DNA of 64,000 nt, from the NCBI GenBank assembly GCA_017403825.1, contig JAFRDO010000010.1, positions 20,401-84,400 on the forward strand. The letters are read 5' to 3'. Below the pieces are notes generated by a model. The model saw only the letters and a program-made list of their open reading frames with translations, was not told where the DNA came from and ran no database searches. The DNA comes from Kiritimatiellia bacterium (GTDB taxonomy: Bacteria > Verrucomicrobiota > Kiritimatiellia > RFP12 > UBA1067). The first letter of the stretch is position 1; each line of letters starts with the position of its first letter. This document shows positions 45,201-55,132 of this stretch, piece after piece. The position numbers and the translations under genes were made by a program.

Positions 45201-46727
45201 ATCGTTGCCCATTGCGCCGACGGGTTCGCTTCCAGTCTCTGCCATCGGACGAAGTATAAGCTCGATGTCCTCCAGCGTGTAGCCGAAGCGTCGCTGGTCG
45301 CGCAGGAGCGCGTCGCGTCCGCTTTCGCCGTCGGGAAGCTTCGACGGCACGATTTCGGTGAAAAGCCCGGTGACTGGAATGTGGTTCTCCTTCACCCAGC
45401 GGCGATAGGGGCGACGGCGGGCGTAGAACGTCTTGATCTCCGCATCCTCCATGAGACGGTGGTTCGCAAGGTCAAGCCAGATGAGCGAACCGGGCTTGAG
45501 GCGTCCGTGACGGGCAACTGCTTCCTGCGGTATGTCAAGCACGCCAGTTTCGGAGGCAAGCACGAACAACCCGTCCTTGGCAAGCGTCCAGCGTATGGGA
45601 CGCAAGCCGTTGCGGTCCAACGCCGCACCGAGGCTCACACCGTCAGTGAACGCGATCGCAGCCGGGCCGTCCCACGGCTCCATAAGCGCGGAGTGGTATT
45701 CGTAGAACGCACGGACATCGTTGCCCATGTGGTACTTCGCGCCCCATGCCTGCGGAACAAGCATCATCATCGCGTGCGGCGCATCGCGTCCGGCGGCAAC
45801 AAGCAGCTCGAACATGTTGTCGAGCGAAGCCGAATCGCTCTGCCCCTGATGGACCACGGGCAGGAGCTTCTTCAGCTCGTCGCCGAAGAGCAGCGAAGCG
45901 AGCGAGGCTTCACGCGCGGCCAAGGCGTTCAGGTTGCCCTTAAGCGCGTTGATCTCGCCGTTGTGCGCGATGGCGCGGAACGGGTGCGCGAGTTCCCACG
46001 ACGGGAACGTGTTCGTGGAGTAGCGCTGATGCACGATTGCAAACGGCGAGACGAAATCCAGATCAGAAAGATCGGGGTAGAACTTCTCGATCTGTGTTGC
46101 CAGAAGAAGCCCCTTGTAGACGATCGTGCGCGACGAGCACGAGCATACGTAGGTTTTCTCCGTCGCCTTCTCGACCTGCCGTCGAATGACATAGAGCCGA
46201 CGCTCGAACGCTGAATTATTTCTGCTCCCTGCGTCCTTTGCGGCTATGAAAATCTGCCTGATTTGCGGCATGACTTTTCTCGCATCACGACCAATCGCAC
46301 TTGGATCAGTCGGAACATCGCGCCAAGCCAGCACTTCGCACCCCTCGGCGCAAATTTCCGATTCTATCTTCTTCTCTTCGCCCTCTCCGCCGAAGATCAT
46401 GGCAACGCCGAACAATTCACCGTCTGAGACCTTCACACCCTTTGCGGACAAGACCTTCCGGAAGAACCCATGCGGAATCTTAAGCAACAGCCCTGCGCCG
46501 TCGCCAGTATTGGGGTCATTGCCCGTCGCGCCGCGGTGCATGAGCCGCTTGAGTATCGTCAAGCCGGATACGACGATTTCGTGGCTAGCCTCCCCCGAGA
46601 GGTTCGCCGCCATTCCCACTCCGCACGCATCGTGCTCGTATTCGCTCCTGTACAAGCCCTGACCGGTCGGACTATCCGTGTCGTTTGTTCGTTGCATATG
46701 GAAAAGTATTAGCACACCCCGTGCCAT
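42273..46727 (-). CDS. gltB: Glutamate synthase large subunit (Fd/NADPH-GOGAT alpha chain)
   Basis: It has the N-terminal Ntn amidotransferase 'HDACGVG', and the central, FMN-binding and C-terminal GXGXG domains are collinear. The mature start may be the internal Met at 46697. Confidence 0.95.
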   Translation of the reverse strand: MARGVLILFHMQRTNDTDSPTGQGLYRSEYEHDACGVGMAANLSGEASHEIVVSGLTILKRLMHRGATGNDPNTGDGAGLLLKIPHGFFRKVLSAKGVKVSDGELFGVAMIFGGEGEEKKIESEICAEGCEVLAWRDVPTDPSAIGRDARKVMPQIRQIFIAAKDAGSRNNSAFERRLYVIRRQVEKATEKTYVCSCSSRTIVYKGLLLATQIEKFYPDLSDLDFVSPFAIVHQRYSTNTFPSWELAHPFRAIAHNGEINALKGNLNALAAREASLASLLFGDELKKLLPVVHQGQSDSASLDNMFELLVAAGRDAPHAMMMLVPQAWGAKYHMGNDVRAFYEYHSALMEPWDGPAAIAFTDGVSLGAALDRNGLRPIRWTLAKDGLFVLASETGVLDIPQEAVARHGRLKPGSLIWLDLANHRLMEDAEIKTFYARRRPYRRWVKENHIPVTGLFTEIVPSKLPDGESGRDALLRDQRRFGYTLEDIELILRPMAETGSEPVGAMGNDAALACLAARSDKSRLHNACHLFGCFHQLFAQVTNPPIDPIREELVMSIMTYIGNQGNILAETPEHARLVKMTRPVLTDDELKRMRNIPEFPAKTLPLFFEPASGLLPDAGRGLKASLNALAADALKAVREGAKIIILSDRCKDIASEKCEIPSLLAVAAVNRVLVEAGMRPSVGIVVESGEVREVHHFAVLLGFGATAVNPWLALETVSDLVKADSTTAAANYVTAVCKGIMRVMSKMGISTLRSYRSARIFEAVGLGPKLMRDYFGGVVSPVGGLELEDIENALVANAARSAKVDVGGEYRYRIGGEEHIWTPQRVVDFREAVRHDDYARFKRYTDDIDNSSRVTLRSQLEFKSGESTGLSEVEPVDSIVKHFVGGAMSLGSLSPEAHETIALALNGLGTMSNSGEGGENPERFCTDKNSAIKQVASGRFGVTVEYVCSAKDLQIKLAQGAKPGEGGQLPAHKVDEFVARLRHAKPGMTLISPPPHHDIYSIEDLAQLIYDLKCTNPAARVSVKLVSEAGVGTIAAGVAKAHADVVVVSGFDGGTGAAPLSSMKHAGIPWEPGLAEAHQTLVKNNLRHRVKLQVDGQLRTGRDIVIAAMLGADEFAFGTSMLVSLGCVQCRNCNLNCCPVGIATQKGELRAKFAGKPEHLQRYFRFLAEEVREILASLGLKSLAEARGRADLLKTKEGSRFDFSAMTAAPDLPENPDVPEKSNSSQNYDMRELLPHLKADGETVLERRISNCDRSVGAALSGHIAKARLVDHAAYGNPITVGFTGVAGQSFGAFLASGVTFNLRGEANDYVGKSLSGGVITIRPPETPDNSDASAFRPEDNAIAGNVIAYGATSGAIFINGLAGERFGIRNSGATLVVEGIGDHGCEYMTGGVAVILGPVGVNFAAGMTGGVAYVYDETATLDLNCNLDSVDIFPVEAGADGEILALLEEHVSRTGSPKAKRLVADWANVRPRFSKVLPVSNRR

Positions 46728-46758
46728 AACAGAGGAGACGGCAAAACTGCCAGCAGCT

Positions 46759-46881
46759 TTACATAGAATGTAAAACCGACTTACATGCCATTACATCATG
46801 TCGCAAGCATTGAATTGACGGGCTGGCAATACAAGCGGGGAGTGCGTAACGGGCATGGGCAAAGTCTTACATTGCGTGTAA
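46759..46881. promoter_or_regulatory. Two copies of the palindrome TTACA-N5-TGTAA (46759-46773, 46867-46881) in the divergent gltB / glnN intergenic region; the first overlaps a TGTAA-N7-TTACA arrangement (46769-46785)
   Basis: This is a direct sequence observation. A third copy lies upstream of carA at 52254-52268. Confidence 0.4.
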
Positions 46882-46991
46882 TCTCATGGCCAATTTCAAA
46901 TGTCAGGCGGCTTTGGCACGCTATGTGCTAGCATATTCACGTGGACGGCAGATGCGATAACCGCGTCCCTCCCTGAAAGGAAAACGAAAAA

Positions 46992-49112
46992 ATGACAGAA
47001 GAAACAAAGGCGGCAACCGACTTCGGCGCCGACGTGTTCGGCGAAGAGGCGATAAGGACATACCTCAGCAAGGATACGGCAAAGAAGCTCCAGGCGACGA
47101 TACGCGAGGGCAAGCCTCTCGACCCCTCCATCGCCGGCGAAGTCGCGCATGGAATCCGCCACTGGGCGATGGACCGCGGCGCCACCCACTACACGCACTG
47201 GTTCCTTCCGATGACCGGCGCCACCGCCGAGAAGCACGACTCCTTCCTTGAGCTCAAGGACGGCGAACCGATCATGCAGTTCAGCGGCAAGAACCTCATC
47301 ATGGGCGAGCCGGACGCCTCGTCGTTCCCGTCGGGCGGCATTCGTTCCACGTTCGAGGCGCGCGGCTACACGGCATGGGACCCGACATCGCCTGCGTTCA
47401 TCAAGCGCCACTCCAACGGTGCGACCCTGTGCATTCCCACCGCGTTCTGCGCCTACACCGGCGAATCTCTCGACAAGAAGACACCCCTTCTCAGGTCCAT
47501 GCAGGCGCTCGACAAGTCGCTCAAGCGCCTGATGAAGCTGTTCGGGCGCGGCGAAGCGCACACAGGCTGCACCCTCGGCGCGGAGCAGGAATACTTCCTC
47601 ATCGACAAGGAGTTCTGGAAGAAGCGTCCGGACCTCGTGCTGACGGGCCGCACGTTGTTCGGTGCGCCGTCCGCAAAGGGCCAGCAGCTTGAGGACCACT
47701 ACTTCGGCACGATCCCCGACCGCATACTGTCCTTCATGAACGACGTCGAGCGCGAGCTGTGGAAGCTTGGAATCCCGGCAAAGACGCGCCACAACGAGGT
47801 TGCGCCGGCCCAGTTCGAGCTCGCCCCCCAGTTCGAGGAGCTGAACCTCGCCAGCGACCACAACATGCTGGTGATGGACGCCCTCAGGAACGTCGCGGAG
47901 AAGCACGGACTCAAGTGCCTCCTCCACGAGAAGCCCTATGCAGGCGTGAACGGGTCAGGCAAGCACAACAACTGGTCGGTCGCCTATGGCGGGCGGAACC
48001 TTCTCGATCCCGGGAGCGACCCGCACGAGAACGCCGTCTTCTTGACGATGCTCTGCGCAGTCATAGAGGCCGTGGACAAGCACGCAGACCTCCTGCGGGC
48101 GTCCGTCGCCAGCGCCGGCAACGACCACCGTCTCGGCGCGAACGAGGCCCCACCCGCCGTTATCTCCATCTACGTGGGCGACCAGCTCGCGGAAGTGCTT
48201 GAGCGCATAGAGAACCCGAAGAGCGCCAAGCACGAGGCGAAGGGAACGCTCAAGATCGGCGTTGACACGCTCCCGGCGATTCCGAAGGATGCGACAGACC
48301 GCAACCGCACGTCGCCCTTCGCCTTCACCGGCAACAAGTTCGAGTTCCGTGCGCCGGGATCGAGCGTCTGCTGCTCCGGTCCGATGACCGTCCTGAACAC
48401 GATAGTCGCAGAGGCCGTAGACCGCATTTCCGGCGAGCTTGAAAAGGCCCTCGCCAAGGCAGGCTGCCCCAAGCCCGCGGCATACAAGCCCGGCGAGCAC
48501 ACCGCAGCGTTCCACGCGGCGCTCCAGAAGATTCTGCAGGCGTCCCTCAAGGAGCACAAGCGGGTCGTGTTCAACGGCAACGGATACGAGGCCGAATGGC
48601 CGAAGGAAGCGGCGAAGCGCGGGCTCCCCAACGCGCCCGACACGCCGACCGCTCTCGCCGCCCTCGCCGACAAGAAGAACGCCGCGCTTTTCGAGAAGTA
48701 CGGCGTGATGACGAAGCGCGAACTGCAGAGCCGCCACGAAATCTTCCTGGAGGAATACGCGAAGAAGATCCGCATCGAAGGCGCGTGCGCATGCGACATC
48801 GCCCGGACGATGATCCTTCCGGCGGTCCGCAGCGACTACCTCGAAGTGCTGAGGACGTACAACGAGACCGGCGAGAGCGACATGAAGTTCGCGCTCAACA
48901 TGCTGCACGAGCAGGTGTACGCGCTTGGCAACGGGCTGGTAGCCCTCGAAGACGCCATCTCGCGCCTGTCGGACGCGGTGGCGAACGGGGACGCAAGCGA
49001 GACTGTCGCGAGGATGTCCGAGCTCAGGAAGATTTCCGACGGGCTCGAACAGGTCGTGTCCGATTCGCGCTGGCCGCTTCCGAAGTACCGCGACATGCTG
49101 TTCCTGTACTGA
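46992..49112 (+). CDS. glnN: Glutamine synthetase type III
   Basis: The ~700-aa length and collinear GSIII blocks ('HYTHWFLPMTG', 'NGSGKHNNWS', 'DRNRTSPFAFTGNKFEFR') support the call. Confidence 0.9.
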   Translation: MTEETKAATDFGADVFGEEAIRTYLSKDTAKKLQATIREGKPLDPSIAGEVAHGIRHWAMDRGATHYTHWFLPMTGATAEKHDSFLELKDGEPIMQFSGKNLIMGEPDASSFPSGGIRSTFEARGYTAWDPTSPAFIKRHSNGATLCIPTAFCAYTGESLDKKTPLLRSMQALDKSLKRLMKLFGRGEAHTGCTLGAEQEYFLIDKEFWKKRPDLVLTGRTLFGAPSAKGQQLEDHYFGTIPDRILSFMNDVERELWKLGIPAKTRHNEVAPAQFELAPQFEELNLASDHNMLVMDALRNVAEKHGLKCLLHEKPYAGVNGSGKHNNWSVAYGGRNLLDPGSDPHENAVFLTMLCAVIEAVDKHADLLRASVASAGNDHRLGANEAPPAVISIYVGDQLAEVLERIENPKSAKHEAKGTLKIGVDTLPAIPKDATDRNRTSPFAFTGNKFEFRAPGSSVCCSGPMTVLNTIVAEAVDRISGELEKALAKAGCPKPAAYKPGEHTAAFHAALQKILQASLKEHKRVVFNGNGYEAEWPKEAAKRGLPNAPDTPTALAALADKKNAALFEKYGVMTKRELQSRHEIFLEEYAKKIRIEGACACDIARTMILPAVRSDYLEVLRTYNETGESDMKFALNMLHEQVYALGNGLVALEDAISRLSDAVANGDASETVARMSELRKISDGLEQVVSDSRWPLPKYRDMLFLY

Positions 49113-49152
49113 TGGCTGACGGCTTCGCCTGCCGCAGCGGTTCCGCACGACC

Positions 49153-50511
49153 ATGCAACGGATACACGACATATACAGGCCGAAGGACGAACGCAAGGGC
49201 GACTTCAAGGAAGTCGAGCTCGTCCTTTCGGACAGCGAGCTGAAGGAGCAGGTCTCGCGCTGCATGAACTGCGGACAGCCGTTTTGCCACGCATACGGCT
49301 GTCCGCTAGGCAACCTCGTGCCGGACCAGAACCGCGCCGTGGCGCAGGGCGACTGGCGGAGGGCATACGACCTTCTCTCGGCAAACTCCGACTTCCCCGA
49401 ATTCACGTCGCGCATCTGTCCTGCGCTCTGCGAAGCGTCGTGCGTTCACGGCCTCGACGAAGAGGCCGTGATGATCCGCCAGTCCGAGAAGCGCATAATA
49501 GAAACGGCTTTCGGCAACGGCTGGGTCGTGCCGCAACCGCCGGAGAGGGAGAACGGCAAGTCCGCCGCGATAATCGGAGCCGGTCCTGCCGGGCTCTCCG
49601 CCGCCGTCACCCTGAGGCGCAAGGGCTGGCGCGTCACGGTTTACGAAAGACGCAACGACATCGGCGGGCTTCTCCGCTACGGCATTCCCTGCTTCAAGCT
49701 CGACAAGGCGCTCATCGACCGTCGCCGCAAGATACTGGAAGCGGAAGGCATACGCTTCGTGACCGGCATAGAGGTAGGCAAGGACATCTCCGCGGAATGG
49801 CTCGCAAAGCAAAACGACGCCGTCGTCGTCGCCATCGGCACGCCCGCCGCCCGCGACTTGAAAATACCAGGACGCGAACTTGCGGGCGTACATCTTGCCC
49901 TTGAGCTTCTCGAAGGACAGAACAGGTTCCTGACAGGCGAAATCGCCGCGCCGCCGATCGACGCCAACGGCAAGAACGTGCTTGTGATCGGAGGCGGCGA
50001 CACTGGCAGCGACTGCGTAGGCACAGCAATACGCCACGGCGCCGCAAGCGTCACGCAGATAGAGATAATGCCGAAGCCGCCGGAGGAGCGCGACGCCTCG
50101 ACGCCATGGCCGCTCTGGCCGTATATGCTCCGTACCAGCTCAAGCCACAAGGAAGGTTGCGAAAGACGCTGGAATCTCAACTCACTGCGTTTTGTCGGGG
50201 AAGGACATGTCGCCGGAGTTGAAGTAGAAACCGTCAAATGGGAGATTTCGCCCGAAGGCCGCCCGTTGAAATTCAGCTCTGTTCCGAACACGAAGGAAGT
50301 CATCAAGGCGGATCTCGTGTTTCTCGCTATGGGCTTCACCGGCGTTCCTAAGGACAATCCGATAGTTGCGCAGCTCGGCCTAGCGCAGACGCCGCGCACC
50401 GCGCTCGTGTCCGCCCCGGAGCGCGGCATCTGCTGCGTCGGCGACTGCGCGTCCGGCGCGTCGCTTGTAGTCCGCGCCCTAGCCAGCGGCAAGGCCTTGC
50501 CGATCTGCTGA
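49153..50511 (+). CDS. gltD: Glutamate synthase small (beta) subunit, NAD(P)H-dependent
   Basis: It has the 'RCMNCGQPFCH' Fe-S cluster motif and two dinucleotide-binding motifs ('IIGAGPAGLSAA', 'VIGGGDTGSDC'). Confidence 0.9.
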   Translation: MQRIHDIYRPKDERKGDFKEVELVLSDSELKEQVSRCMNCGQPFCHAYGCPLGNLVPDQNRAVAQGDWRRAYDLLSANSDFPEFTSRICPALCEASCVHGLDEEAVMIRQSEKRIIETAFGNGWVVPQPPERENGKSAAIIGAGPAGLSAAVTLRRKGWRVTVYERRNDIGGLLRYGIPCFKLDKALIDRRRKILEAEGIRFVTGIEVGKDISAEWLAKQNDAVVVAIGTPAARDLKIPGRELAGVHLALELLEGQNRFLTGEIAAPPIDANGKNVLVIGGGDTGSDCVGTAIRHGAASVTQIEIMPKPPEERDASTPWPLWPYMLRTSSSHKEGCERRWNLNSLRFVGEGHVAGVEVETVKWEISPEGRPLKFSSVPNTKEVIKADLVFLAMGFTGVPKDNPIVAQLGLAQTPRTALVSAPERGICCVGDCASGASLVVRALASGKALPIC

Positions 50512-50515
50512 AATC

Positions 50516-52219
50516 ATGTCTGACGACCTAAAGCACGAATGCGCCGTAGCGATGGTGGTCTTGCAAAAGCCACTTCCCTCCGGCGAGCGTTCGCGCCCAG
50601 ACGATGTCTCCGCCGCAAGCGACATTGGCGGCACGAAACTGTCGCTTCTTCTGGAGAAGCAGCACAACCGCGGACAGGACGGCGCGGGCGCGGCAATCCT
50701 CGCCGCCGATCCCGAGCCGGGCGAGACGCCTTACTGGATCGGCAAGTCCGCGTCAGCCACGCCGCTTGCCGACGTTCTGGGCATGATTGCCAAGCGGGGA
50801 CGGAACAATGCTGACGAACGCATCTTCCTCGGCCATCTCCGTTACGCAACGTTCGGCAGGAACGACGCCGCCTTCTGCCACCCGTTCGTCCATGAGGCGA
50901 GCGAGCTTAGCCATACCCTCATTCTCGCAGGCAACTTCAACCTCACGAACGCCGCAGAGCTTTTCGAAGACTACAGGCGGCACGGGTCCTTTCCGACGAG
51001 CAAGTCCGACGGTTACCTCATTACCGAACTCGTCGCCCATGAGATCGAGCGCGGCAACACGCTCGCCGAAGCGCTCTCGAAGGTGCTTGCAGGCGCAGAC
51101 GGCGCCTGGACGCTCTGTGGAATGACTGGCGACGGGTGGGCGTTCGCGACGCGCGACCCTCACGGAATAAGGCCCGGCTACTGCTACATCGACGAAAACG
51201 TGGTCGTCGTCGCAAGCGAACGTCCGGCCATACAGGCGGCCTTCGACGTTCCGCCAGAAGCCGTGAAGGAACTGCCGCCGGGCGAAGCGCTCGTCGTTTC
51301 TCCCGCAGGCGAAGTCCAGCAGACAAGACTGGATTTGGGCATCGACCCCGCCCCACGCCCTTGCTCCTTCGAACGCATCTACTTCTCGCGCGCCAACGAC
51401 GCCGACATCCACCGCGAACGCAGGGCCCTTGGCGCCGCGCTCCTGCCGCAGATACTGGAAGCCGCCGCCGCGCCGCTGGAAGACGTCTTTTTCAGCTACA
51501 TTCCCAACTCGGCGCGAATCGCGTTCCACGGGCTGCTGGAAGAACTGTTCGAGAGGGTTTCGGCTTCTTCAAACCATGCAATTCCTCGCTTCGGCGAAAT
51601 CGCCGTCAAGGACGCAAAGTTCCGAACCTTCATTGCAGATGCAGCCGCGCGTCGCGAGTTCTACAAGCACGTATACGACGTTACATACGGGCTGGTCCGC
51701 CCCGACAAGGACACGCTGGTCGTCCTTGACGACTCAATCGTCCGCGGCAACACGATGAAGAACGCAATCCTGCCGATGCTTGACCGGCTCGGCCCAAAGC
51801 GCATCGTCATCGCCTCTTCCGCGCCGCCAATCCGCTACCCGGACTGCTATGGCATTGACATGTCGACGCTTCGCGAACTTGTCGCGTTCCGTGCGCTCGT
51901 CAACCTGCTTGGAAAGAACGCGGAAGTCGAAGAACTGCGGCAAGCCGCTTCGTTCCCAGGGAATCCCCTCGAGGCCCTCTACGCCCGTTTCACCGACGCG
52001 GAACACACCGCCGAGATCGCAAGGCTCCTCACGCCGCCCGGCATGAAGGCCGAAGTCGCCGTCGTGTACCAGACCGTCGAGTCGCTGCGGAAATGCCTGG
52101 CCCCTTCTACTATCGGCGACTGGTACTTCACCGGCAACTATCCGACGCCCGGCGGCTACAGGGTTCTCCACAAGGCACTTGCCAACTACCTGGAACACAG
52201 GGCAGAACGGTCTTACTAG
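50516..52219 (+). CDS. purF: Amidophosphoribosyltransferase-like class II glutamine amidotransferase (long form)
   Basis: A short propeptide precedes the catalytic Cys ('KHECAVAMV'). The PRTase motif 'VVLDDSIVRGNT' and 'SSAPPIRYPDCYGIDM' match PurF. It is longer than classical PurF, like Bacteroidetes-type enzymes. Confidence 0.75.
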   Translation: MSDDLKHECAVAMVVLQKPLPSGERSRPDDVSAASDIGGTKLSLLLEKQHNRGQDGAGAAILAADPEPGETPYWIGKSASATPLADVLGMIAKRGRNNADERIFLGHLRYATFGRNDAAFCHPFVHEASELSHTLILAGNFNLTNAAELFEDYRRHGSFPTSKSDGYLITELVAHEIERGNTLAEALSKVLAGADGAWTLCGMTGDGWAFATRDPHGIRPGYCYIDENVVVVASERPAIQAAFDVPPEAVKELPPGEALVVSPAGEVQQTRLDLGIDPAPRPCSFERIYFSRANDADIHRERRALGAALLPQILEAAAAPLEDVFFSYIPNSARIAFHGLLEELFERVSASSNHAIPRFGEIAVKDAKFRTFIADAAARREFYKHVYDVTYGLVRPDKDTLVVLDDSIVRGNTMKNAILPMLDRLGPKRIVIASSAPPIRYPDCYGIDMSTLRELVAFRALVNLLGKNAEVEELRQAASFPGNPLEALYARFTDAEHTAEIARLLTPPGMKAEVAVVYQTVESLRKCLAPSTIGDWYFTGNYPTPGGYRVLHKALANYLEHRAERSY

Positions 52220-52253
52220 AATCTCGCAATATGTAATCGGTCCGCAAACCGTT

Positions 52254-52268
52254 TTACATCAGATGTAA
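52254..52268. promoter_or_regulatory. TTACA-N5-TGTAA palindrome upstream of carA (third copy of the motif)
   Basis: The site TTACATCAGATGTAA lies about 60 nt upstream of the carA ATG. Confidence 0.4.
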
Positions 52269-52328
52269 GAAGAAACGCTCTGACAGGCGGAATCCGGCTT
52301 GGCACAGAATGTGCTAAATTAATTTTGT

Positions 52329-53504
52329 ATGGACTATCTTGAGAAGTGGAAACGCGAGCGCGAACGCAAGGCGTTCCTTGCGCTTGACGACGGTTCAGTA
52401 TTCCATGGAGTGGCATTCGGCGCAGAGAAGGAGGCGTTTGGCGAAGTCGTCTTCAACACCGGCATGAGCGGTTATCAGGAAATACTGACCGATCCCTCCT
52501 ACGCCGGGCAGTTCGTCACCCTTACCACTGCCGAAGTCGGCAACTACGGAATCAATGGCGCGGACACGGAAAGCCGCGCTCTTTTCTTATCGGGGCTAGT
52601 GATAGGCGACTTGACCGCGCCAAGCAACTGGAGAAGCGAGAAGAGCCTTGACGACTACCTCAAGGAGAACGGCATACCTGGCATCTACGGCGTCGATACC
52701 CGTGCGCTTGCCCTGCACATAAGAGAGCACGGCAACAGAAAAGCCCGCCTTGTCCTCGGTGATGGTTCGAACGGTTCTATCGATGCCGAGAGCTTGGAAA
52801 GACAGGCCGTCGCCAAGGCCTGCGAATGGGAAGGCCTCGACGGACAGGACTACGCGGCAAAGGTGACGTGCGAAGAAGCCTACGAATTTGGCGCGACACA
52901 AGAAACTGGAGACTCTGGGCGCAAAAAGCCACATATCGTCTGCTATGACTTCGGTGTGAAGACCAACATATTGCGCTCACTCGCGGCATGGGCGCGCGTG
53001 ACGGTCGTGCCGGCGAAGACTACTGCCGAAGACGTTATGGCAATGCGGCCTGACGGAGTTTTTCTATCCAACGGCCCTGCCGACCCCGCGGCCGTCACCT
53101 ACGCCATAGAGAACATTAGAAAGTTATTGGGTTTGGAGTGGAGGAGTGCACCCACTCATCCACTTCCCATAATGGGAATCTGCCTTGGGCATCAGCTTCT
53201 CGCCCTTGCCTGCGGCGCGAAGACGGCGCGGCTCAAGTTCGGGCACCACGGCTGCAACCATCCGGTGAAGAACCTCTTGACGGGCAAGGTCGAAATCACG
53301 AGCCAAAACCACAACTTCGCCGTCGTCGCTGACTCGCTGCCTAACTGCCTTGAGGTGACGCACGTCAACCTCAACGACGGAACGATCGAGGGAATCCGCC
53401 ACAAGACGCTCCCCGCGTTCTCGGTGCAGTACCATCCGGAGGCGTGTCCGGGCCCGCACGACAGCGCCTACCTCTTCGGGGAATTCAGGAAGATGATCCC
53501 ATGA
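52329..53504 (+). CDS. carA: Carbamoyl-phosphate synthase small (glutaminase) subunit
   Basis: The CarA N-domain ('[11 protein letters not shown]...NTGMSGYQE') is followed by the GATase domain with the catalytic 'GICLGHQLL'. No carB follows it. Confidence 0.9.
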   Translation: MDYLEKWKRERERKAFLALDDGSVFHGVAFGAEKEAFGEVVFNTGMSGYQEILTDPSYAGQFVTLTTAEVGNYGINGADTESRALFLSGLVIGDLTAPSNWRSEKSLDDYLKENGIPGIYGVDTRALALHIREHGNRKARLVLGDGSNGSIDAESLERQAVAKACEWEGLDGQDYAAKVTCEEAYEFGATQETGDSGRKKPHIVCYDFGVKTNILRSLAAWARVTVVPAKTTAEDVMAMRPDGVFLSNGPADPAAVTYAIENIRKLLGLEWRSAPTHPLPIMGICLGHQLLALACGAKTARLKFGHHGCNHPVKNLLTGKVEITSQNHNFAVVADSLPNCLEVTHVNLNDGTIEGIRHKTLPAFSVQYHPEACPGPHDSAYLFGEFRKMIP

Positions 53505-55132
53505 AAAAGCAAGTCAAATACGTCTTCATCACCGGCGGCGTGGTAAGTTCCCTCGGCAAGGGCGTGACAAGCGCGTCGCTCGCACTGCTCCTGAAGAGCC
53601 GCGGGTACAAGGTGTTCATGCAGAAGCTCGACCCTTACCTCAACGTCGACCCCGGTACGATGTCGCCATACCAGCACGGCGAGGTGTTCGTGACGGACGA
53701 CGGAGCGGAGACGGACCTTGACCTCGGCCACTACGAGCGCTTCGCAGACGTGACCTGTACCAAGGCTAGCAATTATACGTCTGGACGAATCTACTCCGCC
53801 GTCCTCGCCCGCGAACGCGCCGGCGGATACCTCGGCGGAACGGTTCAGGTCGTGCCGCACGTCACGGACGAGATCAAGGCGGCGATCCGTTCGGCCGGCG
53901 AGCACGACTGCGACATCGTGCTTTGCGAAATAGGCGGCGTCTCCGGCGACATCGAGTCGCTGCCGTTCCTTGAGGCGGCGCGGCAGTTCCGCTTCGAGGA
54001 GGGAAGCGAAAACACGTGCTTCATGCACCTCACGCTCGTGCCATACCTCAAGGCCGCGGGCGAGCTGAAGACGAAGCCGTCGCAACATTCCGTCGGAATG
54101 CTCCGCAACATCGGCATAATCCCCGACATTCTCGTCTGCCGCACGGAGATGCCGATACCCGAGGAACACATGCAGAAGCTCGCCATGTTCTGCAACGTCC
54201 GCAGGGAATGCGTCATCGAGGAAAAGGATGTGGCGGACTCGGTCTACGCCGTGCCGAGGGAATTGCGCAAGCAGGGGCTGGACGAACAGGTGCTGCGCCA
54301 GCTGCACCTTGACATCTGGCCCATAAAGCATACGGTGTGGGACACGCTCGTCAGGAAGACGACGCAACCGAAGAAACGCTGCAAGATCGCGCTCGTCGGC
54401 AAGTACATCGCCATACGCGACGCCTACAAGTCAATTCATGAAGCGTTGCAGCACGCTGGCATGGCAAAGGACTGCAAGGTGGAGGTCGTGCCGGTCGAGG
54501 CGGAGGAAATCGCGTCCGCAAAGAACGCAACGGCCGCAAAGATGCTGGGCGGCGTGGACGGCATACTCGTGCCCGGCGGCTTTGGGTCGCGCGGCGTGGA
54601 GGGGAAGATCGCGGCTATACGGTACGCCCGCGAGCACCGGATCCCCTTTCTCGGCATCTGCCTGGGAATGCAGTGCGCGGTCATTGAGTATGCGCGGGAT
54701 GTCCTCGGCTGGGCGGACGCCAACTCGACGGAGTTCGACGAGGAGACGTCGCATCCCGTCATCGACCTCATGGAGGAGCAGCGCGGCATAACGCAGAAAG
54801 GCGGCACCATGCGCCTCGGCGCGTATCCATGCGCATTGAAGAAGAACTCTCTCGCCGCCAGGCTGTACAAGGCGAAATCCATCTCCGAGCGACACCGCCA
54901 CCGTTACGAACTGGCGAACGAGGGCGAGGCGAGGGCTGCGCTCGTCGAGGCCGGACTGCAGGTTTCAGGCGTTTCACCCGATGGCAAGCTGGTCGAAGTC
55001 GTGGAACTGCCGAAGCACCCGTACTTCATCGCATGCCAGTTCCACCCGGAGTTCAAGTCACGCCCGACCGCACCCCATCCGCTCTTCCTCGGCCTCGTCG
55101 CCGCAGCGCTGAAGAAGAAGTCAAGCCGTTAG
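53501..55132 (+). CDS. pyrG: CTP synthase
   Basis: The ATGA start overlaps the carA stop. '[16 protein letters not shown]' is the canonical PyrG N-terminus, and the C-terminal GATase has 'GICLGMQ'. Confidence 0.95.
   Translation: MKKQVKYVFITGGVVSSLGKGVTSASLALLLKSRGYKVFMQKLDPYLNVDPGTMSPYQHGEVFVTDDGAETDLDLGHYERFADVTCTKASNYTSGRIYSAVLARERAGGYLGGTVQVVPHVTDEIKAAIRSAGEHDCDIVLCEIGGVSGDIESLPFLEAARQFRFEEGSENTCFMHLTLVPYLKAAGELKTKPSQHSVGMLRNIGIIPDILVCRTEMPIPEEHMQKLAMFCNVRRECVIEEKDVADSVYAVPRELRKQGLDEQVLRQLHLDIWPIKHTVWDTLVRKTTQPKKRCKIALVGKYIAIRDAYKSIHEALQHAGMAKDCKVEVVPVEAEEIASAKNATAAKMLGGVDGILVPGGFGSRGVEGKIAAIRYAREHRIPFLGICLGMQCAVIEYARDVLGWADANSTEFDEETSHPVIDLMEEQRGITQKGGTMRLGAYPCALKKNSLAARLYKAKSISERHRHRYELANEGEARAALVEAGLQVSGVSPDGKLVEVVELPKHPYFIACQFHPEFKSRPTAPHPLFLGLVAAALKKKSSR

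Noticed and set aside
47955-49415. 486-aa minus-strand ORF antisense to glnN/gltD, and similar long antisense ORFs (46896..47927, 49677..50492, 50753..51529, 53468..54367)
   Set aside because: All lie opposite strongly supported housekeeping genes and show GC-driven codon composition without family signatures.
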